From assembly GCA_964508365.1 (NCBI GenBank), contig CAZDTP010000008.1, positions 35,513 through 99,512 of the forward strand: 64,000 nt of DNA, given 5' to 3'. Numbering within the stretch: the stretch's first letter is position 1; each line of letters begins with the position of its first letter. The notes below the pieces were generated by a model that did not search any database, had not been told where the DNA came from, and saw only the letters and a list, made by a program, of their open reading frames with translations. The DNA is from an uncultured archaeon. Lineage in GTDB: Archaea > Asgardarchaeota > Lokiarchaeia > Sigyniarchaeales > SOKP01. Position numbers and translations under genes: made by a program. Shown in pieces: positions 16,991-25,397 of this stretch.

Positions 16991-17812
16991 ATGACGGCAG
17001 AAGAAGTATTAGTTATAAAGCTTGGCGGTTCATTGCTTACGGACAAATCAACGGAATACAAATTAAGAGAAGATGTTATAAAAGCAGTTGCTGCGGAAAT
17101 AAAAGAATGTATTGATTTAGGTCTAATCAAAAGTCTTGTAATTATCCACGGAGTAGGTTCTTTCGGCCATCCCCCCGTGTTAAAATACAATCTTCATAAA
17201 GGCTTTAGAAATAAGGATCAATTAATTTCAATGTCAAAAACGCAGCAAATCGTGAATGAGTTTCGAAACACGATTGCCACTACATTTCTGGAGGAAGGGG
17301 TTCCTATTAACTTGATGCACGCCTCTTCGATGGTTGTGGGTAATAAGATGGTGATAGCTGATCTTGCATTTAATTCTTTAAAAGGCTTTTTATCTTTGGG
17401 GATGGTCCCATTGATAGGAGGCGACATGATGTACGATACCAATATGGGTTTTAGCGTTTGTAGCGGAGATCAATTAGCTGTAGTTCTTTCACGCGTATTA
17501 CACGCTAAACAACTATTATTTGCAACAGATGTGCCTGGTGTGTTCGATAAAGACCCAAAATCGGGAGAGCATGCACAACTGCTTAGAGAAATAAATATCA
17601 ATAAGATTGAAAAAGTATTAAGCAAAACGAACGAAACAAGTAAAACCGATGCGTCTGGTAAAATGCAAGGTAAATTGCTTTCACTGGTTTCGATTAAGGA
17701 TCGAATACAAGAGGGTCTTGAAGTAATTATTCTCTCAATGAACAAGAAGGGTGTTCTCAAGAATTATCTTAAAGGAGAAGAAAGTGAACTGACAAAAATA
17801 ATTTGTAATTAA
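16991..17812 (+). CDS. ipk: Isopentenyl phosphate kinase (amino-acid-kinase fold)
   Basis: IKLGGSLLTDK, IHGVGSFGH (IPK signature), SGD and DASGKMQGK. Confidence 0.9.
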   Translation: MTAEEVLVIKLGGSLLTDKSTEYKLREDVIKAVAAEIKECIDLGLIKSLVIIHGVGSFGHPPVLKYNLHKGFRNKDQLISMSKTQQIVNEFRNTIATTFLEEGVPINLMHASSMVVGNKMVIADLAFNSLKGFLSLGMVPLIGGDMMYDTNMGFSVCSGDQLAVVLSRVLHAKQLLFATDVPGVFDKDPKSGEHAQLLREININKIEKVLSKTNETSKTDASGKMQGKLLSLVSIKDRIQEGLEVIILSMNKKGVLKNYLKGEESELTKIICN

Positions 17813-17853
17813 CAGAGCAGAACTAGTAAGATTCAGGCAAAATTCTGGACTTC

Positions 17854-18189
17854 TTATTTACCTAAATTTTCTTTTTTTTTCATTTTTTTATATAAGTGCC
17901 GAAATCCCATAATCGGATGCGAGTATATCATCCGAGGTCCAGCATATCGCATTACTGTTCTTATCTTTTCCCTCATGTCATGTTTATAACAATGAATTGG
18001 ACATGTATTGCATGTAGGTTTTTCTTCGCCGAATCGACAATTTTTTAATCGTTCCTCAGCGTAGTGAAAAAGATCTGAGCATTGTTGACATAAATCATCT
18101 TCACAGTCATGAAAATGTCTACAGTACATCCGAATCATAGTGTTAATTGTGTTGTGTTCTTGTTCTAAAGGACTTTTAGAAGGAGACAT
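17854..18189 (-). CDS. YgbA / nitrous-oxide-stimulated-promoter family protein
   Basis: E..TI..MIRMYC..H, C..L..YA..RL..C.FGEEKP.C..CPIHCY and YAGPRM..HP. Confidence 0.88.
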   Translation of the reverse strand: MSPSKSPLEQEHNTINTMIRMYCRHFHDCEDDLCQQCSDLFHYAEERLKNCRFGEEKPTCNTCPIHCYKHDMREKIRTVMRYAGPRMIYSHPIMGFRHLYKKMKKKENLGK

Positions 18190-18388
18190 ATTAAAACCAC
18201 ATAAGGTAATTAGATTTAAAATTTAAAATAATCTAAATTAAAAAAAAGTATTTTGTTGATCAAAAATTTCATTCCTTAAATTTATAGACAGTATTCATAT
18301 ATATTATAATATAAAATATATCTATCTCTCATAACTGAATATCAATAAAGTAAAAAATAATAAAATTATTGTATTCAATTAGATTCAG

Positions 18389-19615
18389 GTGAGAAAACAG
18401 ATTTCACAGAACTCTTTAGATGAAATAGAAGGGAAAAAACAAAAAAATTTGACAATTGGAAGAAAACACATTTTCTTAGTGCTTACATTGTCATTTATGG
18501 TCAATTTCGACAGCAACGCAGCAATTCCGATAATTGCTACCTACGCGGGAAAATTAGGAGCCTCGATAATATTCGCAGGATTTATTGTAGGAATTTACTC
18601 CATGGTCCATATTCCTTCAAACATAATTTTTGGAAGGTTAGTTGACAAAATCGGCAGAAAAAGCTTAATATCTTTAGGAGTATTTTTAGATGGGTTATCA
18701 CTGCTTATATATGCGTTAGCTCAAGATCCTATTTTCCTATTATTTGGAAGAATAATTCACGGAATAGGAGGTGGTTTTGGAGGACCTGCTACAATGGCTT
18801 ATATCGCTGATGCTACATCCCAAAGGCGTAGCGGAAGGGGGATGGCACTATATGGAATGTCCATCGGATTTTCAAATTTGATAGGATTCTTGTTAGGTGG
18901 CCTAGTTGCTCAAATAATTGGAGAAAGCAATTTGTTTTTCATAATTGCAATTGTTTTATTCGTCATGTCATTTACATCACTATTTCTTCCTTCGATTTAT
19001 CAACCATCCAAAGAGAAATTCAACCTCCGCAAGGAAATCAAACAATTTAGAGAAGTAGTCTTTAGAAAATCTATGATAAGTCCTTACTTTTCGATTCTAG
19101 CAATGATGTTTAACATGGGAATTGTTACAGCAGCATATACGGTAATGTTAGAGTCTGCAACATATACAGTTGGTCAAACAGGGATGATTCTTAGCATTAT
19201 GGTTATCTTTTCGATACTAATTCATTATCCCGCCGGAATTTTAAGCGATAAAATAGGCTACATTAAGGTAATGCTAATTGGATTATTTCTGATTGCGTTT
19301 TCATTTGGAGTTTTTATAATATCTTTAGAAGCCCCATTTCCTATGATCGGAATGGCTCTTCTCGGCGTAGGCCATGGATTGATATTTCCCTCCTCAGCTG
19401 GAATGATTAAAGAGAAAACTAAAGATTCTGAAAGTGGAGTAGCGACAGGAACATTCTACGCCTTGATTGTAGCAGGTGTGGCTATTGGAGCGCCGGTCTC
19501 TGGTTTTGTATACGAAATTTATAACGCCCAATTTACTTTGGCATTAGGAATCATCATTCCTTTAATCATGGCTATCGTTCTCGCAGTTCTTTTAAAATAT
19601 CTTAAAAAGGATTAA
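18389..19615 (+). CDS. Major facilitator superfamily transporter
   Basis: 12 TM segments, with motif A (GRLVDKIGRK) repeated (GILSDKIGY). Confidence 0.92.
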   Translation: MRKQISQNSLDEIEGKKQKNLTIGRKHIFLVLTLSFMVNFDSNAAIPIIATYAGKLGASIIFAGFIVGIYSMVHIPSNIIFGRLVDKIGRKSLISLGVFLDGLSLLIYALAQDPIFLLFGRIIHGIGGGFGGPATMAYIADATSQRRSGRGMALYGMSIGFSNLIGFLLGGLVAQIIGESNLFFIIAIVLFVMSFTSLFLPSIYQPSKEKFNLRKEIKQFREVVFRKSMISPYFSILAMMFNMGIVTAAYTVMLESATYTVGQTGMILSIMVIFSILIHYPAGILSDKIGYIKVMLIGLFLIAFSFGVFIISLEAPFPMIGMALLGVGHGLIFPSSAGMIKEKTKDSESGVATGTFYALIVAGVAIGAPVSGFVYEIYNAQFTLALGIIIPLIMAIVLAVLLKYLKKD

Positions 19616-19632
19616 TTTTATTTGGACTGTTT

Positions 19633-20084
19633 ATGTTGCTTGACTTTTTAAAAAACAAAAAGCATTATCACTTATTTTGGCGATAGCATTTATAGTGCTA
19701 TTCGTAGCGGGTATAGTGCTTGTATCTATCGAAGATTATTCGTTATTACTATCTCCTTTAGTGTCAACAGTAGCTAGCCCTAGTGCTTCTGCAACCGTCA
19801 TGGTTGCCCACATTCCAAGTAGCCTCTCGATTATATTACTTCCATTGTATACAATATTCAAAATTAAAAAAACCAATTGGAAAGCTTTATTAATGTCAAT
19901 TGGAGGTCTGGTTGTTAGTCTTGCTGGTGTACTTCTGGCATTTTTTACTCTTAATCCTATTGACATCCCATTATTGATTTTGATATTAACTGTTCTGCCA
20001 ATTATGTTAGTTATTACGGCTGTATTTTTTGTATTTGGAATGCTACTTCCAGAAATATGGAGTTTCGCAATCCCTGGCTTATAA
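19633..20084 (+). pseudogene. Frameshifted or truncated membrane-protein gene
   Basis: MLLDFLKNKKHYHLFW (from ATG 19633) continues naturally into AIAFIVLFVAG... only through a -1 shift near 19650-19680. There is no room for its own promoter after the MFS stop. Confidence 0.45.
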
Positions 20085-20184
20085 AAGAAAGAATAAACGG
20101 TTATTTTAAACTTCCTATTTTTCTTTTTCCCTTTTCCAAAAATATTAAATTCTTTAACAATATTAACAATTATAAATTGCAATT

Positions 20185-20760
20185 TTGAAAATTAACCAAA
20201 TTATTATGTCAAGAAAAAATATTTTTTATATTTTGTGCATCTTTTTGATTATCGGTTTGAATTTGAGCGCTTTTAGTGTGAAAGCGCATAGTCCTATAAC
20301 TATGGATATGGAATACGATCTAGATGCACAAGAACTTAGTATTAAAATTACGCACGGAGTTACGGACCCTACTTATCACTATGTATACTTAATGGAAGTT
20401 TGGGTTAATAGTAGTGATCCTTATCATCCTCCCGAAGCTCCTGATTATTCGTTCCACTTCACTGAACAACCAGCTCACAACATAAATAATTATATCCTAA
20501 GTTTTCCAGCCGGAGATAAGGCTAATATTACTGTAACAGCCTATTGTTCCCTCGGTGGAAGTTTAACAGAACATTTTTACATTGGACAACCCTACTATAA
20601 CCCACATGGAACCTTCTCTTTAGCAGTAATTCCTACAATTGTCTCGACGATCATAGTATTTGGGTTGCTTTTTATCTTACCTATGTTAGGACAAAAAAAC
20701 GCACCAAAAATAGAAGGTAAGAATAGGTATCAAGTAAATGATAAACAAAAGATATTTTAA
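20185..20760 (+). CDS. Exported, C-terminally anchored protein with a desulfoferrodoxin/SOR-like His-His-His-Cys pattern
   Basis: Signal peptide ending VKA|H, then H35, H57, H65 (HY) and C121 (AYCSLGG), plus a C-terminal TM. The start may be ATG 20206. Confidence 0.7.
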   Translation: MKINQIIMSRKNIFYILCIFLIIGLNLSAFSVKAHSPITMDMEYDLDAQELSIKITHGVTDPTYHYVYLMEVWVNSSDPYHPPEAPDYSFHFTEQPAHNINNYILSFPAGDKANITVTAYCSLGGSLTEHFYIGQPYYNPHGTFSLAVIPTIVSTIIVFGLLFILPMLGQKNAPKIEGKNRYQVNDKQKIF

Positions 20761-20805
20761 TCAATAGGGTTTTTAAAAAATATTTATTAATCTATAAAAC
20801 AAACA

Positions 20806-22296
20806 ATGGTGTTAAAAATAGAAACAGAAACAATCCCAATCGAATCAGGTCTAGAAACCTCAATGGAAACGCAGGAGATGAAAGTTGAACCAGAAACGAG
20901 TTTCAAGAAGATACATTATGTCATGTTTTTATTCGTATTTGTTCAAGTACTTTGGTATCTGACTTTTTCCGAACCTTTGACTGTCCTAATTGGGGGAGAG
21001 CCGATCTTTCCTTTCTTCCTTAGCGACGACATAATATCAAGGACAGCTCGAATTGTCATGATATATCACTCGTTAGCTTTACCCTTTTTAATTGCGAACA
21101 CATTCTGGGTATTAGAACACTATGAAATCCGTCAGAAGTGGTTGCCAACTCTAAAGATCCTGTTAATACCTAGTGCGTTTCTTGTAGGTATAAATGGAAT
21201 GATTTTTGCGTATACACGTCTTAGACTTTTCCACGAACTTTTCACTTTTGGTATGCTACTTTGTTTCATTGGTGGAATTGTATTTGTTATAGCAGCGTGG
21301 CCAGTAAAGGGTAGATTTCCAAAAGTTAACCCTAGAGGTTCCACATTCAGAGGGATTAATTTGGAATATTTTAATCTCGTAATTTTAGCGATATGCATAA
21401 TGGTTTCGGCAATATATGGCGCTCTTGCAGCTATTGAAAACTTTACGAATAGTATTTGGGGTCTAAACCGCGAACCTATAGCATTTTTAGCAGAAGCAAT
21501 CATTAGACACGGGATAACTTTCGGACACGAACACGATATCGTCCAAGACATGATAGTTGGTCACCTTCACATACAGCTTGCTCAATCAGCAGCTATGGTT
21601 ATGCTGGTTGCCTTCCGTACGAGTAAATTGTCAGGTAAGCTTTATACTTATTTGTTATTGTTTACTCCGATTGGCGTTATAACATTATCTTATGGTGCTT
21701 GGGTTCTAAACCATTACGTAATATGGGTGGGCGCTGGGCTATTGATACTAGTAACTATAATTATGTCAATAGTTGGCATGAAGACCACTATTAAGGAACA
21801 TTTAGGAGACGATTACAGATCAGCATCACATTCAGAAAGGCTTAAAGCTTTGTTTAGGGAACCTGTAAAATTGACATATTATTACCTTCTTTTTATTGCA
21901 GAACTTATAGTTTTCCCTCAAATCTATGTTGGGCTTGTTACTGATGATATTTATAGATTACATTCATATGTACAACTGGAGTATAATTTTAACGTTGCAC
22001 ATTGGCACCAATTGGCAGTGATGATCGCTGTGGCTTTGATGATACATGCTATCGACTTTTTCAAAGTTGAAGGTCGATTAAAAAAATTATTGGGTTGGAT
22101 TTTTTTTATCGGAGTTAATTTAACATTTCCTTTCGCAATGGCACATATGGTACGTCCAGTAGAATGGGAAAGTGTTGAGATCTTTCTGACTATTACATTT
22201 CTGGGAGTATGGTTTCTCTTGGCAGGCTTTGTACTCGGATTATACGCGCTAGGTAAAAATCTAAAACCTAACCCATTAACTTCTAAACTAACGTAA
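20806..22296 (+). CDS. Divergent heme-copper oxidase superfamily subunit-I-like protein (12 TM)
   Basis: H88 (TM2), GH253LH255IQ (TM6), NH303, VAH399WH401 (TM10) and FIGVNLTF (TM11). The His spacing parallels Cox1. Confidence 0.72.
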   Translation: MVLKIETETIPIESGLETSMETQEMKVEPETSFKKIHYVMFLFVFVQVLWYLTFSEPLTVLIGGEPIFPFFLSDDIISRTARIVMIYHSLALPFLIANTFWVLEHYEIRQKWLPTLKILLIPSAFLVGINGMIFAYTRLRLFHELFTFGMLLCFIGGIVFVIAAWPVKGRFPKVNPRGSTFRGINLEYFNLVILAICIMVSAIYGALAAIENFTNSIWGLNREPIAFLAEAIIRHGITFGHEHDIVQDMIVGHLHIQLAQSAAMVMLVAFRTSKLSGKLYTYLLLFTPIGVITLSYGAWVLNHYVIWVGAGLLILVTIIMSIVGMKTTIKEHLGDDYRSASHSERLKALFREPVKLTYYYLLFIAELIVFPQIYVGLVTDDIYRLHSYVQLEYNFNVAHWHQLAVMIAVALMIHAIDFFKVEGRLKKLLGWIFFIGVNLTFPFAMAHMVRPVEWESVEIFLTITFLGVWFLLAGFVLGLYALGKNLKPNPLTSKLT

Positions 22297-22312
22297 TAAT
22301 AATTAATTAACT

Positions 22313-23206
22313 ATGAGGATGGTCTTGGACTTAAAAAATATGTTATCTCTCTTTGGAGAGTTAATAAAAGCTAAACAAACCATACTTTTGCTTTATACTG
22401 GAGTTTTATCTTATTTAATTACCGCCTTCAGTTTAGTAATTGAAATAAACTGGCTCAATTTACTATCTCTGGTAATCTCATTATACCTCACAGTCTCAGG
22501 TACTACCGTACTGAATATGTATATAGATAGAGATATTGACGCAATCATGGAGCGCACAAAAGATCGCCCGTTACCAAGTGGTAAAGTTACAACATCTACT
22601 GTTCTTACAATTGGAACCGTGTTAACTGTTACAGGTATCGTTCTTGCATTTCTAACTCTCAATTGGTTAACTGCATTAATTATTTTTTTAGGCTTTTTCT
22701 TTGATATCGTAATTTATAGTATTCTATTGAAAAGAAGAACTAAGTATAGCATAATCTTTGGAGGGATTGCTGGTGGTCTTCCGGCATGGGCTGGTAGGAC
22801 CGCTATAATGGGAAGTTTAGACTGGATTGGATTCTTATTTCTTATCTTCATTCTAGCTTGGATTCCCGTCCATATTCTTACAATAGCTTTAATACCCAAA
22901 AATTATAAAGGATATAAAGATGCGGGAATCCCTATGTGGCCAATTGTAAGTTCAAGAACACAAACAATGCGAGTTATAACCATAGGGGCATTGATTAGTA
23001 GTTTAGCGCTCTACGAGGCTGCTAGGATTTTAGGGGCAAATGCGATTATAAGAATCATCTGGGGGGTCTGTTGTCTAATAATTTTAGTTTTAGTAATAAA
23101 AAACTTAATAAAACCTTCAAATAAGCTCACTTTCCTCATTTTTAAGATTGCGTCTCTTTACATGATCCTAGGATTTTTATTACTCTTATTCGTAGTTATC
23201 CTATAA
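22313..23206 (+). CDS. cyoE: Protoheme IX farnesyltransferase (heme O synthase, UbiA family)
   Basis: LIKAKQT.LL, NMYIDRDIDAIMERTKDRPLPSG, YSILLKRRT, GGIAGGLP.WAG, WIPVHI and YKDAGIPMWP. Confidence 0.93.
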   Translation: MRMVLDLKNMLSLFGELIKAKQTILLLYTGVLSYLITAFSLVIEINWLNLLSLVISLYLTVSGTTVLNMYIDRDIDAIMERTKDRPLPSGKVTTSTVLTIGTVLTVTGIVLAFLTLNWLTALIIFLGFFFDIVIYSILLKRRTKYSIIFGGIAGGLPAWAGRTAIMGSLDWIGFLFLIFILAWIPVHILTIALIPKNYKGYKDAGIPMWPIVSSRTQTMRVITIGALISSLALYEAARILGANAIIRIIWGVCCLIILVLVIKNLIKPSNKLTFLIFKIASLYMILGFLLLLFVVIL

Positions 23207-23291
23207 TAAGAACCAAAATTTAGCAAAATAAATGATTAAATAAAATATTAAAAATTTAACAAAAAATAAATTAAAAAAAAAGGTAAGATAT

Positions 23292-23873
23292 ATGGAACCT
23301 GAGATACAAATATTACTATCTTTTATAGCTGTTGCGATCTTTGTAGCACTGATTTTAACATTGAATTTTAGAAAAAAAGGGACACTAAAAGTTCTGATTT
23401 GGATTTGGATTATCTTATTCGGAATTTTGATGACTGTAATAGTCGTATTGAACGGTATTGAAATCCTTGCGCCTAGACCAACAGCGTTGATGATTGATGA
23501 ATATGATGTTTTTACTAGTTGGCATATCGGTGTAATCCTAGGTCTACCGGCATTAATTTCGCTATCAATTGGAACTATTCTCGTTTTATACAACGAGCAA
23601 AAATACGTATTATGGCATGGATATACGGCAGGAGGAGCTCTAATTGTTACGATTATAAATATTATTTTATTAATATTCTTAACTCCAACAGAAATACTTA
23701 ATTATTCCGGAATGATCCACGCACTCCATATAATGCTTGGAGCAATAGGTTTAATGACGGGTAGTGCAAGCTTTTTATTTGGTGCTTCTGGACAGCGAAA
23801 TCTCGCTAGAATGACAGGATATTTTACATTAGCAGGATGGTGGGGAGCCTTTCTATTGGGGCTTTTTCTTTAA
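23292..23873 (+). CDS. His-containing membrane protein, DUF420(CtaM)/cytochrome-b561-like
   Basis: About 6 TM with in-membrane His residues: SWHIG, LWHGY and IHALHIMLG. Confidence 0.6.
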   Translation: MEPEIQILLSFIAVAIFVALILTLNFRKKGTLKVLIWIWIILFGILMTVIVVLNGIEILAPRPTALMIDEYDVFTSWHIGVILGLPALISLSIGTILVLYNEQKYVLWHGYTAGGALIVTIINIILLIFLTPTEILNYSGMIHALHIMLGAIGLMTGSASFLFGASGQRNLARMTGYFTLAGWWGAFLLGLFL

Positions 23874-23896
23874 TAGAAAATGAGGTAAAAAAGATA

Positions 23897-25363
23897 ATGA
23901 ATGAAGTAAAAGTTGAAGAAAAACAAGAAAATGGAAAGACTAAATTTACATACGAAATAGAAGAATTCATATCATCTCCACATGTAAGTACAGATAGGTA
24001 CGAAATTGAAGCAACTTCCGGTGATCTTTCATTGTTATCTAAGTATCACTATAAGTTTAAAGAAGAATATCAGGCTACTCATGTAGTTCGTCCTGGTAAC
24101 ACCGAAGAACTTTCTAAATTAATGCAAAAATGCTATGAATATTCAATGCCTGTAACCCTACGAGCCGCAGGAACTTCGTGTTATTCAGCTTCTACACCTA
24201 CTAAAGGTGGTGTTATAATTGATGTGCGACGAATGAACAAGGTACACAAAATTGACAAGGAAAACATGACTGTCAAATGCGATGCGGGAATTGCGTGGCA
24301 AAAACTCATTGAAGAACTTCTCGACTACGGATTAGCTCCAAAATGTTATCCTACTAGCTATAGGGCTAGTTGTGTTAGCGGATTTGTCGCTACTTCTGGT
24401 AAAGTAGGAATTGGTGTCTTGAAAAATGGAATATTGAAGGATGCATTACAATCTGTTGTTTTTGTGAAACCAGATGGCTCTACAGAGACAATATCTAGAG
24501 ATTCTCAAGGAGATTTATCGCTTGATGACATCATAGGCTCTTTTGGTATATTTGGCGCTGTTGCTGAAGTAGAATTAGAAGTAACTACTCTTACAACTTC
24601 AATAGAAATGATAGGATACAGTTTTAATACATCTAAAATGGCGATTGAGTTTTTTCGAACTTTGAAAAATAGCAAGGCAAATAAACCGCTTTTCCTTTCG
24701 CTTTCGGATAAACATTTTGAGAAGTATGCTCACTGGACTTATCCATCCCGAGATTATTTTGTCTTTGCGGTATATTCTGACGATCCTAATGTGACCTCTC
24801 AGAATGTTTCGTTTGCTAAAGAAACTGCTTCAAAGTTAGATGGACTTAGTGTTGAGGAATGGTATCTAAAGGAAAAATGGCGCGACATAACTGAAACTGA
24901 ATTAAATCTAGGACGATGGTGTCAAAATCTAATTTTTCAAGAATATTGGGTTTCAGATGAGAGAGTTGAAGATTTTTATAACTTTTACATGGAAAAGACT
25001 TCTAAGCAACGGTATCGACACGCATTTTACTTGATGTCTGGAGCTAAAGGAGGGAACAGAGTCAAACTTTTCGGTCTTTCTGATATTAAGAACTCTCGAG
25101 AATTTTTCGGAATTAAAGCAGTTTTTAACGATATTACAATAAACAACTACGAACATAAAGACAGTTTATACTCGTTAGGGGTTGTAAATACATTCTACTT
25201 TCTTAGGTTTAACCCTGAAAAAGCAGCGTACTTACGAAATTTGAAAAACAAATTAGACCCAAAAGATCTCGTTAATTCTTATAGATTAGTGAAAGCAAAA
25301 ATGAGACCTTGGCGCGTTGGACTCCTTTTTTGGATAGCAAAACGACTCTACAGAACAGCCTAA
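23897..25363 (+). CDS. FAD-binding (PCMH-type) oxidoreductase, GlcD/D-2-hydroxyacid dehydrogenase-like
   Basis: VVRPGNTEEL, RAAGTS, GGVIIDVRRMNKV and C-terminal LDPKDLVN. The probable start is ATG 23897 after GAGGT; the track start at 23837 overlaps the upstream gene. Confidence 0.88.
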   Translation: MNEVKVEEKQENGKTKFTYEIEEFISSPHVSTDRYEIEATSGDLSLLSKYHYKFKEEYQATHVVRPGNTEELSKLMQKCYEYSMPVTLRAAGTSCYSASTPTKGGVIIDVRRMNKVHKIDKENMTVKCDAGIAWQKLIEELLDYGLAPKCYPTSYRASCVSGFVATSGKVGIGVLKNGILKDALQSVVFVKPDGSTETISRDSQGDLSLDDIIGSFGIFGAVAEVELEVTTLTTSIEMIGYSFNTSKMAIEFFRTLKNSKANKPLFLSLSDKHFEKYAHWTYPSRDYFVFAVYSDDPNVTSQNVSFAKETASKLDGLSVEEWYLKEKWRDITETELNLGRWCQNLIFQEYWVSDERVEDFYNFYMEKTSKQRYRHAFYLMSGAKGGNRVKLFGLSDIKNSREFFGIKAVFNDITINNYEHKDSLYSLGVVNTFYFLRFNPEKAAYLRNLKNKLDPKDLVNSYRLVKAKMRPWRVGLLFWIAKRLYRTA

Positions 25364-25397
25364 AATGAACTAAAATTAAAAAGAGGTAAAACTAAAA

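Noticed and set aside
19736-20182. 148-aa minus-strand ORF
   Set aside because: Antisense to the hydrophobic 19677..20084 frame; its Lys/Asn/Ile-rich composition is typical of the reverse complement of TM-coding DNA.
23837-23896. Track start of the FAD oxidoreductase (MVGSLS...)
   Set aside because: It overlaps the upstream gene; ATG 23897 has a GAGGT Shine-Dalgarno-like site and is the better start.
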